Assembly: GCA_963692995.1 (NCBI GenBank)
Contig: OY843611.1
Location: forward strand, 1,525,994-1,589,993
Direction of reading: 5' to 3'
DNA from: Dehalococcoidia bacterium
GTDB lineage: Bacteria > Chloroflexota > Dehalococcoidia > Lucifugimonadales > UBA3495
DNA: 64,000 nt
A model generated the notes under the pieces. That model was not told the origin of the DNA. It ran no database searches and worked only from the letters and a program-made list of their open reading frames with translations. Both the position numbers and the translations under genes were made by a program. This document shows positions 1-8,790 of the stretch, piece after piece. Numbering within the stretch: the stretch's first letter is position 1; every line of letters begins with the position of its first letter.

Positions 1-81
1 TGGACCGACCGGCCGCGCTGGCCGCGATCCGCCGTCTGCTTGATTGGACGTCATCAGGATCGGGCCGAAAAGGATACTCTC

Positions 82-1515
82 ATGCCCCCTAGCAGCAAAG
101 CGCTGATCGTAGTATTCGACGGCTTGCAACCGGCACAAATCACGCCGGTTTTGATGCCCAACCTCTCGGAATTTGCCCGCTCGGGCGTTACGTTCACCAA
201 CCACCATCCGGTCTTCCCTACCGTTACCCGCGTCAACGTGTCCAGCCTGGCGACCGGTTGCCTGCCGGGACGGCATGGGCTGGCGGGCAACACATTCCTC
301 TGCCGTGATTACGATCCACACCGCGTCATTCCGGCAATGGAGCCGATCCTTCAGGCAATCTCGGACGCCACCGGCCGGGTTCTGTTGGCCCCCACGCTGG
401 CCGACCTCCTGGGCCGCCACGGCTTGCGATACGTGGCCATCGGAACCGGCACGTCGGGCAACGCATACCTCCACAACCCCAACGCAGCCGTGGCCGGCGG
501 GGCAACCATCCACCCGGACTTCACGTTGCCCCGCCCGCTATACGCCGAACTGGAGGCGCGCTTCGGCAACTGGCCCGACCAAGACCTGCCCAACACCGCC
601 AGATTGGTTCACGCCAGACGCATCCTCACCGAATACATCCTCCCGGAACTCGACCCGGCGGTGGCCGTCTTCTGGTCATCCGAACCAGACAAGACCCAGC
701 ACGAGGACGGCGTGGGGTTGGGACGAGCTCCGCGAGCCCTGGCCGAAGCCGACGCTGAATTCGGCGAGATAATGTCGTATCTGGAACAGTCCGGGCGCGC
801 TTCAACCACCGACGTTTTCGTCGTATCGGATCACGGTTATTCCACCATCAGCGAAGTAATCCCAGTTGAGCCGATATTGCGTGACGCCGGCTTTCCCGCA
901 ATCGATCAATCCGGCGGGGTAGCGGTGGCCAACAACGGCGGTTCGGCATTGTTGTACGTCCATGAAGCCGACCCCACGGTAGCCGCTAAGCTAACGGAGT
1001 GCCTTACCTCCCTGGCCTGGTGCGGGCCGCTATTTGCGTCCGCGCGTGTTGGACAACCGGCCGGGACGCTGCCGATGTCAATCGTCGGGATTGACGGGCC
1101 ACGCTCTCCCGACCTGGTGATGTCCTTCCCGTGGACTAGCCAGGAAAATGATGCCGGTTATCGCGGACACGCGCCGGCGACCGGCGGTGCGGTGGGTCAA
1201 GGGCAACATGGCAGTTTGAGTCGCCACGAACTTCGCAACACCGGATTGGCGCAAGGCCCTTCACTACGCAACGGAACGCTGATCGCCACGCCAACCGGGA
1301 ACATCGATCTGGCGCCTACGATACTCCACCTTCTGGGTGTCCCCATTAGCCCGGCAATGGACGGCCGCATCCTGACGGAAGCGCTGAACGAATTCGGAGA
1401 CATCCCGACTGCCGGCTGTCGGACCCATTCGGCCACCAGCGGCGGATACTCGCAGAATGTCCAAATCAGCGAGGTGGGAACCACCGGATACGTGGATTGG
1501 GGGAACCGGGAGTGA
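82..1515 (+). CDS. Type I phosphodiesterase/nucleotide pyrophosphatase family protein (alkaline phosphatase superfamily)
   Basis: ORF 40..1515; preferred ATG at 82 (AAGGA upstream). Motifs LIVVFDGLQP, PVFPTVTRVNVSSLATGCLPGRHGLAGN (PTxT..N..S..TG..P..HG nucleophile/metal pattern) and VVSDHGY. Confidence 0.75.
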   Translation: MPPSSKALIVVFDGLQPAQITPVLMPNLSEFARSGVTFTNHHPVFPTVTRVNVSSLATGCLPGRHGLAGNTFLCRDYDPHRVIPAMEPILQAISDATGRVLLAPTLADLLGRHGLRYVAIGTGTSGNAYLHNPNAAVAGGATIHPDFTLPRPLYAELEARFGNWPDQDLPNTARLVHARRILTEYILPELDPAVAVFWSSEPDKTQHEDGVGLGRAPRALAEADAEFGEIMSYLEQSGRASTTDVFVVSDHGYSTISEVIPVEPILRDAGFPAIDQSGGVAVANNGGSALLYVHEADPTVAAKLTECLTSLAWCGPLFASARVGQPAGTLPMSIVGIDGPRSPDLVMSFPWTSQENDAGYRGHAPATGGAVGQGQHGSLSRHELRNTGLAQGPSLRNGTLIATPTGNIDLAPTILHLLGVPISPAMDGRILTEALNEFGDIPTAGCRTHSATSGGYSQNVQISEVGTTGYVDWGNRE

Positions 1516-1530
1516 ACAACCCGCGACGAT

Positions 1531-1618
1531 TGGCGGAGGGAGTGGGATTCGAACCCACGAACCTGTGAGGGTTAACGGTTTTCAAGACCGTCGCATTCGT
1601 CCACTCTGCCATCCCTCC
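1531..1618 (-). tRNA. tRNA-Ser (anticodon TGA)
   Basis: Reverse complement reads GGAGGGATGGCAGAGTGG...ACGGT-CTTGAAA-ACCGT...long extra arm...GGTTCGAATCCCACTCCCTCCGCCA: 7-bp acceptor stem, anticodon loop with TGA, class II long variable arm, encoded CCA. Confidence 0.9.
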
Positions 1619-1683
1619 ATTCCGCCTCGCTTACCATTGTAAGTCCAAGATCGCCAGGGAGTACAGCCCGCCCACACCCTGAA

Positions 1684-1712
1684 TTGTGCGGCAATGCGCA
1701 ATGCGCTATAAT
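1684..1712 (+). promoter_or_regulatory. Putative sigma70-type promoter for tRNA-Ser(GCT)
   Basis: TTGTGC (1684-1689), 17-nt spacer, TATAAT (1707-1712), about 20 nt upstream of the tRNA 5' end. Confidence 0.45.
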
Positions 1713-1733
1713 TGGTATCGTCCAGCAGGGTCG

Positions 1734-1825
1734 GGAGGGATCGCATAGTGGTCTAGTGCGGGCGCCTGCTAAGCGCTTATCCTGGGAAACCGGGATCGTG
1801 GGTTCGAATCCCACTCCCTCCGCCA
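1734..1825 (+). tRNA. tRNA-Ser (anticodon GCT)
   Basis: GGAGGGATCGCATAGTGG...GGCGC-CTGCTAA-GCGCT...long variable arm...GGTTCGAATCCCACTCCCTCCGCCA; acceptor stem GGAGGGA/TCCCTCC, encoded CCA. Confidence 0.9.
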
Positions 1826-1867
1826 TTTTCTACAGATACTCCCTGCGGACGTGGGAACTAAGGCCGA

Positions 1868-3166
1868 ATGAAGACCTATCATATCTGGACCATCGGTTGC
1901 CAAATGAACACCGCCGACTCCGAACGTCTGGGGTCGGCATTAGAGCAAATGGGCCTTAGGGCCGTCCAACACCCCACCGACGCTGATGTGGTGGTGCTGA
2001 ACTCGTGCGTTGTCCGCCAATCCGCCGAAGACAAGGTTGGCGGCACGCTGCATCTTACACAGCCGCTGCGGAAAAAGCGGCCCGACTCCGTGCTGGCCCT
2101 TACCGGCTGCATGGTCGGTCCTCGTACCGAGGAGCTTGAGCAGCGCTTCCCCCACGTTGACCTGTTCCTTCGCCCGCAACAGTTCGAACCGCTGCTGGAG
2201 CTGGTGGGTGAACGCTTGGGGCTGGACTGGCAAGGGTGTGTCGGCTCCCTCGCGCCCCGGCAGCCCGGCGTGGCAACTTACGTACCCATCATCCACGGCT
2301 GCGACCTGATGTGCGCCTTTTGCATCATTCCCTACCGGAGGGGTCGGCAGGTAAGCCGTTCCGTGAACGAAATTGCCCAAGAGGTGGAGCTGCTTGCAGC
2401 CCGGGGCGTCAAGGAAGCAACCGTTCTCGGCCAAACTGTGGACGCCTACGGGCATGATCGGGAAGACGGTCACGATCTGGCTGACCTGTTCACGAGGCTC
2501 AACGACATTGACGGACTTGACCGTATCCGGTTTCTCACCTCCCATCCCTCTTATATGAGCAGCCGCATCATCCGGTCCGTCGCCGACTTGCCAAAGGTGT
2601 GCGAGCACATCAACCTGCCCGTGCAATCCGGCGACGACTATGTGCTGCAACAGATGCGCCGCCCCTACACTGTTGCGGAGTACCGTGACATCATCAGGGA
2701 GATCCGCGATACGATCCCGGACGTCACTATCAGCACTGACATAATCGTTGGTTTCCCTGGTGAAACCGCAGAGCAATACCAAAACACTTTGCAGTTGCTT
2801 TCCGACTTGCGTTTCGACAAAGTACACGGAGCCGCTTATTCCACGCGGCCTGGCACCATCGCGGCGCGCACCATGGACGACGACGTTCCCCCGGAAGAAA
2901 AGCGCCTCCGTCTCAAGGGCTTGGAAACGCTACAGGAAAGCATCTTGACCGAAATCAACTCGACGTACCTGGACGCAACCGTGCAGGTGTTGGCGGAAAA
3001 CCGTAAACGGGGCAACTGGACCGGCCGCACTCGCGGCAACAAGCTGGTCCATTTTGCTACAATCGACAGCATCGACTCCGCCGCCGATACCGACCTGACC
3101 GGTCAATTGGTGGACGTTAAGATCACTCACACCGGGCCGTGGTCCTTGGCCGGTGTAACGGCGTAG
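1868..3166 (+). CDS. miaB: tRNA-2-methylthio-N6-dimethylallyladenosine synthase (radical SAM methylthiotransferase)
   Basis: 432 aa; N-terminal MTTase motif KTYHIWTIGCQMN, radical-SAM CDLMCAFC (CxxxCxxC), C-terminal TRAM-like segment. Confidence 0.85.
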   Translation: MKTYHIWTIGCQMNTADSERLGSALEQMGLRAVQHPTDADVVVLNSCVVRQSAEDKVGGTLHLTQPLRKKRPDSVLALTGCMVGPRTEELEQRFPHVDLFLRPQQFEPLLELVGERLGLDWQGCVGSLAPRQPGVATYVPIIHGCDLMCAFCIIPYRRGRQVSRSVNEIAQEVELLAARGVKEATVLGQTVDAYGHDREDGHDLADLFTRLNDIDGLDRIRFLTSHPSYMSSRIIRSVADLPKVCEHINLPVQSGDDYVLQQMRRPYTVAEYRDIIREIRDTIPDVTISTDIIVGFPGETAEQYQNTLQLLSDLRFDKVHGAAYSTRPGTIAARTMDDDVPPEEKRLRLKGLETLQESILTEINSTYLDATVQVLAENRKRGNWTGRTRGNKLVHFATIDSIDSAADTDLTGQLVDVKITHTGPWSLAGVTA

Positions 3167-3178
3167 GACCGCTTTTTT
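3141..3178 (+). terminator. Putative intrinsic terminator after miaB
   Basis: Hairpin GGTCCTTGGCCG-GTGTAA-CGGCGTAGGACC (6+4 bp with 2-nt internal mismatch) overlapping the miaB stop, followed by GCTTTTTT. Confidence 0.5.
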
Positions 3179-3198
3179 AGTTTAAGGAGGCGGAATCA

Positions 3199-4406
3199 AT
3201 GGTCACCAGAACCAGACAACCTACCATCCCTCTTACGGAAATAGAACATGCCGCCTTCTGCAAACCCGAGGACGAGCTTCCCGCAAGGTCCTTGGCGGAA
3301 GAGTTGGCCATCAACGTGCGCTGGCAGAAAATCCCCGGCGAATACCTGGCGTGCTCGCCGGCCGAGTTGGACCAGCGCATCGGAGCGGCCCGAAGGATTC
3401 TGGGCGCGTCGGTAACTGTCCTCGGCCATCACTACCAGCGCGAGGAGATCATCAAGTACGCCGACTTCCAGGGCGATTCCTTTTTGCTCAGCCAGGAAGC
3501 GCGTCCCGTCCCGAGGCCGACTTCATCATCTTCTGCGGCGTGCATTTCATGGCCGAAACCGCGTACATCCTGGCCGGAGACCACCAGCAGGTGATCCTGC
3601 CGAACATCACTGCCGGGTGCTCCATGGCCGATATGGCTCCCATACAGGATGTTGAGGACGGTTGGGAAGACTTGCAGGACGTCTTGGGCGATCACGGTGG
3701 CATCCTGCCCGTAACCTACATGAACTCCGTCGCTGCCATCAAAGCCCTGTGCGGACGCAACGGCGGCGCCGTCTGCACCTCGTCCAACGCCACCGCCGTA
3801 CTGGAATGGGCCTTTGGGGAAGCTGACCGAGTACTCTTTCTGCCCGATCAGCACCTGGGTCGCAACACCGCCCTCAAGCTGGGCATCCCTCCAGACGAAA
3901 TGGTGGTCTGGAACCCTTTCAAAGCCATGGGCGGCAACACGCCGGAGCAGCTGCGGAAAGCCAGGATGGTGCTGTGGCAGGGCCATTGCTCAGTGCATAC
4001 CCGGTTCACCACCAAGCAAATCGAATCCGCCCGCCAGCGGTATCCGAACGTGACCGTGCTGGTACACCCGGAGTGTCCCATGGAAACCGTTGCAGCCGCC
4101 GACCTGAACGGCTCCACCGAATTCATCCGCAAAACCATCAACGAAGCCCCAGCCGGTTCGGCCTGGGCCGTTGGCACTGAAATCAGCCTGGTTAACCGTC
4201 TGGCCATGAACAACCCGGACAAGACGGTGTTCTGCCTGGATCCGGTGAGCTGCCCCTGCTCCACCATGTACCGCATCCACCCGGCCTATTTGCTCTGGAC
4301 CCTGGAAAGCCTGGTCGCCGGCGAGGTGGTCAACCGCATCACTGTCCCAGAGCAGATGCGGCAAGAGGCCGTCGTCGCCCTGGAGCGGATGCTCGCCCTG
4401 CGCTAG
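3199..4406 (+). pseudogene. nadA: Quinolinate synthase NadA, interrupted by an apparent 1-nt frameshift near 3499-3504
   Basis: Strong SD AAGGAGG before ATG 3199. Frame A (3199..) gives LGHHYQREEIIKYADFQGDSFLLSQEA; frame B (ORF 3351..4406) continues [20 protein letters not shown]...; the two parts are contiguous in intact long-type NadA. Confidence 0.8.
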
Positions 4407-4684
4407 GCGGCGATTGGGCCGCTTCGGCAGCAACAAGCCACCTTACAGTTGCGGCGAATGTCGGCGTCGCTACCTGCTGGTGGGGGCCTATCGGCGTGCG
4501 TTGCCGGCGGCGCGTCGCGGGGCTAGCGGCTCGGCAACCTACGGCTGGGCTGTATCGCGGCGACGCTTGCGCGGTGTACCTGGGTTAGCTTGGTTCCCGC
4601 CGTACCGACCGGTGGCGGGCAAAAGCGGCGCGCTGAATTGGAACGAAATCGCGGGAGGCTTTTCCTGCTTCGACGCGGTAACGC

Positions 4685-5119
4685 CTACACCCGCGTGAAC
4701 CGCTTCTTGGTGGACAGGGTCACGAAGGTCTGGGTCTTCTGCACGCCGTCGATAACACCGATGCGGGTGCGCAGGAAATCACCCAAGCTTTCCGCGGATT
4801 CCAGAGCAGTCCAAACGAACACGTCATAAGGGCCCGTTGCCACTACAACATAGTGGGCTTCGTCGAGATCCGCGATCGATTCGGCAACCGAGTCCGATTT
4901 TCCCGGGCCCGTTTCCAGACCGATCAACGCGGTGGTTCCGTAACCCATCTTTTCCAAGTTTGGAACCGCCACCACATGAACGATGTCCTCTTTGATCAGC
5001 CGGCGCAGCCGTCGGCGCACCGTTCCCTCGCTTACTCCTACTGCTCGGGCTATTTTGGCGTTAGAGGCGCGTCCATCAGACTGGAGAATGCCGATTATCT
5101 TCAGGTCAAGTTCGTCCAT
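4685..5119 (-). CDS. AsnC/Lrp family transcriptional regulator
   Basis: From internal Met of ORF 4685..5218: MDELDLKIIGILQSDGRASNAKIARAVGVSEGTVRRRLRRL (HTH) followed by an AsnC-type ligand-binding domain. Confidence 0.8.
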   Translation of the reverse strand: MDELDLKIIGILQSDGRASNAKIARAVGVSEGTVRRRLRRLIKEDIVHVVAVPNLEKMGYGTTALIGLETGPGKSDSVAESIADLDEAHYVVVATGPYDVFVWTALESAESLGDFLRTRIGVIDGVQKTQTFVTLSTKKRFTRV

Positions 5120-5342
5120 TAATCCGTTGACTCCATGTGGGGTCTGCCACTGTAGCCTACTGCACAACAGTGCAAATATTCGATGAATGATGATATTCCT
5201 TATAGTGTTGGTTGTCAATTATCAAACAGGCTTGAATAAACATTATTCGTTTCTTTATGACGAATTCCTTGCTATTTCGGCGGTATCGGCGCACCATATA
5301 CGTAATCAAGGCCACCGTTCACGCCCGTCGAGCGCGCCCCAC

Positions 5343-6299
5343 TCAAGTTAGGCTCAGCACCCCGACCCCACCGACGATCATCGCGATTGACACCCCTTTT
5401 GCCGCCAACGTCCGCGGAGTGACCGATTCGTCCAGCAGGTGCCACCGCATCCGGGAAAGCAGGGTGGATGCGATGAAGACGAACACCGGACGTGTCGCCA
5501 ACACTGCGGCTACCAGGGAAGCCGGACCGAGGCTGTACGCATAAACGCCCAACAGAACGGATACCGCCGGCATCAGCGATTCACCGAAAATGAGCAGCGC
5601 CAATACCCTTGGTTGACGCACCGCAGCCAACAAACGAGGACCGCCGCTGCTCCCGACCACGGCAAAAACCGCACCGACCGTAGCTTGCTGAATTGCGAAT
5701 ACGGTGAGAACCGGCAATCCGGCGTTGAGCGCCGCTTTGGCCGCGACAAAGCTGCCGGCGGCGCACATTGCGCTTACGAACAGCAGCGCCGGGCCGTATC
5801 CCGTCGCACGCTCGCGCAAACTAAGCGCCGCCAGGCTGGGCGCCCTCACCCTGGCGCCAACTCCCCCGTAGGGCTGCTCCTGGAACAGGCGCATGGAAAT
5901 CAAGACCGCCCCGGCCACTACCAGTCCGATGCCGCCCCACTGCGGCAATCGTATCCGTTCCTCCAGAAACAGCATCGCCAGCAGCGCGACGTAAATGGGG
6001 TTGGTCTGCGAGATCGCTACAGCCCGCGACGCCTCCATCAGTCGCAGACCACGGAACAGCAGCGCCACCGAACTGCCCATCAACAGCCCAGCGCCCACCG
6101 GGATCACGGCGACCTGCCATGCTGTACCGCCCGGAATGCCCACTACCGCCAGCAGCGAGCAGCCGTAAAGAATGCCGGTTGCGCCGCACCACAGGCAGAG
6201 CGGCGGGACGCCGTTCAGGTGGAAAGACAGCAAACGCTTGTCGCAGACGCTGACAAAGCAAAATGCCAGCGCGCTGCCCAGGGCAAGTACGGGCCACAT
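5343..6299 (-). CDS. EamA/DMT superfamily transporter
   Basis: 318 aa, about 10 hydrophobic segments in two similar halves, typical EamA-like composition. Confidence 0.6.
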   Translation of the reverse strand: MWPVLALGSALAFCFVSVCDKRLLSFHLNGVPPLCLWCGATGILYGCSLLAVVGIPGGTAWQVAVIPVGAGLLMGSSVALLFRGLRLMEASRAVAISQTNPIYVALLAMLFLEERIRLPQWGGIGLVVAGAVLISMRLFQEQPYGGVGARVRAPSLAALSLRERATGYGPALLFVSAMCAAGSFVAAKAALNAGLPVLTVFAIQQATVGAVFAVVGSSGGPRLLAAVRQPRVLALLIFGESLMPAVSVLLGVYAYSLGPASLVAAVLATRPVFVFIASTLLSRMRWHLLDESVTPRTLAAKGVSIAMIVGGVGVLSLT

Positions 6300-6311
6300 C
6301 TATTTTCGCAA

Positions 6312-6689
6312 TCACACCCGGCAGTGGCCGTCGCAACGGCCCAGCCAATTGCTGATGCGCATCCGATTGCGGGCGAAGCTGCGGTAAAAAGCGTCAAAGA
6401 CGGGACGGGCCGGCCACCAGGCCGTCCAGCCAATCAGCCAGCCTATGCCGGCCTGCCGATAGCCCTCGCGCAAGGTGCCCATTCCAACGGTGATGCTGCC
6501 GTCGGGTCGGATGCCGTACAGGGCGGACTGCACCTGTTCGTGGGTAAAGCCCAGGGCGGCAGCATCGAAATCGGGGGCGGATATGTCCACCGGCTCAATG
6601 GCGTCGGGACGGCGGCGGTACAGGTTCATCACTTCGCGGCTGCACATTGGACAGGCTCCGTCGTACAGCATCCGGTAGCGGTCGCTCAT
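6312..6689 (-). CDS. Thiol-disulfide oxidoreductase DCC family protein (DUF393)
   Basis: Start at MSDRYRMLYDGACPMCSREV (YDGxCxxC motif), GGAGG-like SD upstream of ATG 6689; upstream part of ORF 6312..6947 looks non-coding. Confidence 0.7.
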   Translation of the reverse strand: MSDRYRMLYDGACPMCSREVMNLYRRRPDAIEPVDISAPDFDAAALGFTHEQVQSALYGIRPDGSITVGMGTLREGYRQAGIGWLIGWTAWWPARPVFDAFYRSFARNRMRISNWLGRCDGHCRV

Positions 6690-7113
6690 TCTCCGACCTC
6701 CACTCGCAGACCGATCCGAACCGGCAACGTCAGTCATCTGCCGGCGTAAGCACGGCTGTGTCGGCGACCTGCTGGCGGCCCCACCGGCGGTTCCGTAGTA
6801 AATCGAAATCTCGCCGCCGATGAGAATGCTGGGGTGATAGGGGTACGGTTGCCATTGGTCATAGTGCTTCTCCCCGCAGTGGGTGAAAACGGCAGCAGCG
6901 TGGATGGCATTGTAGCGCAAGCGAGCCGAGGCCGGCGACCGACGCAATGACGATCTGTTGCGAGAAGGAAATTCCCAGGCGGATTGCGGATATGCTCACC
7001 GGCCCGTCGGAAACTCCGCTTCCCACAATCTCCCCAGCTCAGGTACATATTGCCCGGTGCGAATGCCATCGATGTACACGTCAAAGTATGCGCGTATGAT
7101 GGGGTGGGCGCCC

Positions 7114-8790
7114 TCAAGGGCTGTCTGTAAAAGCGGCTTTCAAAACTATGCCATCGGCCAGGATGGCTACGGTTTCAATCCCCGGCAATGCTTGGATTTC
7201 GGCAAGACCGTATCCGTGATGCGGCTTTTTTTCGGTGTGGAACCAGACGATATAGGCATCTTTGCCGACATCATAGGCATAAGCAATTTGATGGTTTAGC
7301 TGGTCGATACGCATGGAATTTGCAGCCAGTATGTCTATCCACCGATAGAAGATCGCTAAATTCCGATTCGTCAGGATAATGCCATCTAGGGGGTTGTCTC
7401 TCAGGTATTGGACGGTCTCGGATTCAGCCCAGCGCCGGGACGAATAACCTGTCCCGTTTTCCAGTAAGTAGTTTATATTGTGATAATTCACATAGGCTTG
7501 TTGCAAAAGCCAGCCAGCCAGGCAGATAGTTAATATGAGAGCCGGCGCGCTCATCGTCATATGCTTTGCCGGCCCGGTATTCCACCGTTGCAAGAGCGGC
7601 CGCTCGTTGAGTGGCCGCATAGCCGAGGCCCAGCGCAGGAACTCGTTCAACGCAAGAACACCCATAACCAGCGCCGACGGGTACATTGGTGCAAGATACC
7701 GTAATTCATGAGCGAGGTTCACATTCGCAACGGGTAGATAGATGGTCAGAAAGGAAGCATAAATCAGCACGAAAACGGCGGGAACAGTCCAGGGGCCCCT
7801 GTTCCGACAGTACCCCCGTCTGCGTAGCCACAACAGCACATACCCAACGCCGACTGTCACACCGAACAGAATCGCCATCTTTGCCCCTACGCCGGCAACG
7901 GTAGCGTCTCCGGTCATCGCGGCGCCGAAAACTTTGACAAGGGCTATGTTCAAGTAGCCGGCAATCATATTGCCAAACACCGAGTTGAGTAACTCGGAAC
8001 CGGCGCTATCCAGGCTGGACAGCACAGAAAAGTCGGTTGGAACTGGCTTCCCCGCCATTTCCCCCGCAACCAGAAAATTGCGCAGCAGCCACAGGCAGAT
8101 TGGAACCATTGAGATGCCAGCATAGATTAAGGCATTCTTCGCCTTGACCGGCCAGGCCGATCCACGCTGCAATATCAGCAGGATTACGGTGCTGGCAACC
8201 AGGGTTACTCCGATATAGCGAGACGAGCAGGCCAGAGCGGCGCAGATTGCCGCCAGCAGCAGGAATCGCAATTTGCCGTTATCCAGAAAACTGTCCAAAG
8301 TGAAAAGCGACAGTGTGACGAACAGGATGAATAAAGGTTCTGTCACCGCAGCCATCGCCGGGTATGCCAGAGGCAGCGCAAGGAGTGAGGCTCCGCCGGC
8401 CCAGATAATCAGAAAGCGAGACCGGATGCGTCGGCGCAGCCACCTGGTGATGATGAAGCCGGTCAATCCGAAGGCAGCGGCATTCACGTACCCGGCAGCC
8501 GGGATGATGTCCACGCCGAAGGCACCGATGCCGGCCAGTACTAGCGGAAATAGCGGAGCAGATCTGGTGTAGATGCCCCAGTCAGAATCCCAGCCGTTTC
8601 CTGCCAGCAGACTCTGCGCGGTCGATATGTAGTACACGGAATCTTCGGATAGCCCCACCCCATAATTGGCCTCCCGCAGCAGAATCAGGCCAGCGCCCGC
8701 CGCGCCCAGCGCCACGAGCAGTACGGTGAACCAGTCAATACGCCGGAGCCAAGCCTCCAGCCCAACCCGAACGCCGGGCCACGCTGCCAC
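7114..8790 (-). CDS. GT-C fold membrane glycosyltransferase (ArnT/PMT-like, family 39/83-like)
   Basis: 558 aa, many TM segments, N-terminal loop SEDSVYYISTAQSLLAGNG, large C-terminal soluble part; GTG start 8790; sits directly downstream of a GT2 polyprenyl-phosphate glycosyltransferase-like gene. Confidence 0.6.
   Translation of the reverse strand: MAAWPGVRVGLEAWLRRIDWFTVLLVALGAAGAGLILLREANYGVGLSEDSVYYISTAQSLLAGNGWDSDWGIYTRSAPLFPLVLAGIGAFGVDIIPAAGYVNAAAFGLTGFIITRWLRRRIRSRFLIIWAGGASLLALPLAYPAMAAVTEPLFILFVTLSLFTLDSFLDNGKLRFLLLAAICAALACSSRYIGVTLVASTVILLILQRGSAWPVKAKNALIYAGISMVPICLWLLRNFLVAGEMAGKPVPTDFSVLSSLDSAGSELLNSVFGNMIAGYLNIALVKVFGAAMTGDATVAGVGAKMAILFGVTVGVGYVLLWLRRRGYCRNRGPWTVPAVFVLIYASFLTIYLPVANVNLAHELRYLAPMYPSALVMGVLALNEFLRWASAMRPLNERPLLQRWNTGPAKHMTMSAPALILTICLAGWLLQQAYVNYHNINYLLENGTGYSSRRWAESETVQYLRDNPLDGIILTNRNLAIFYRWIDILAANSMRIDQLNHQIAYAYDVGKDAYIVWFHTEKKPHHGYGLAEIQALPGIETVAILADGIVLKAAFTDSP

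Noticed and set aside
1531-1825. About 30-nt perfect inverted repeat (1531-1560 against 1796-1825)
   Set aside because: It is explained by the identical T-arm, acceptor and CCA ends of the two divergently oriented tRNA-Ser genes. It is not a mobile-element terminus.
4407-4684. 278-nt GC-rich spacer between the convergent nadA and lrp genes, considered as a possible ncRNA or small gene
   Set aside because: I recognised no signature of RNase P, SRP, tmRNA, 6S RNA or any riboswitch. The only ORF (4414..4698) has an Arg/Gly-rich, implausible translation. It cannot be supported without covariance-model searches.
5439-6749. 436-aa plus-strand ORF rich in Arg/Gln/His
   Set aside because: It is antisense to the EamA transporter and DCC genes, and its composition is implausible for a real protein.
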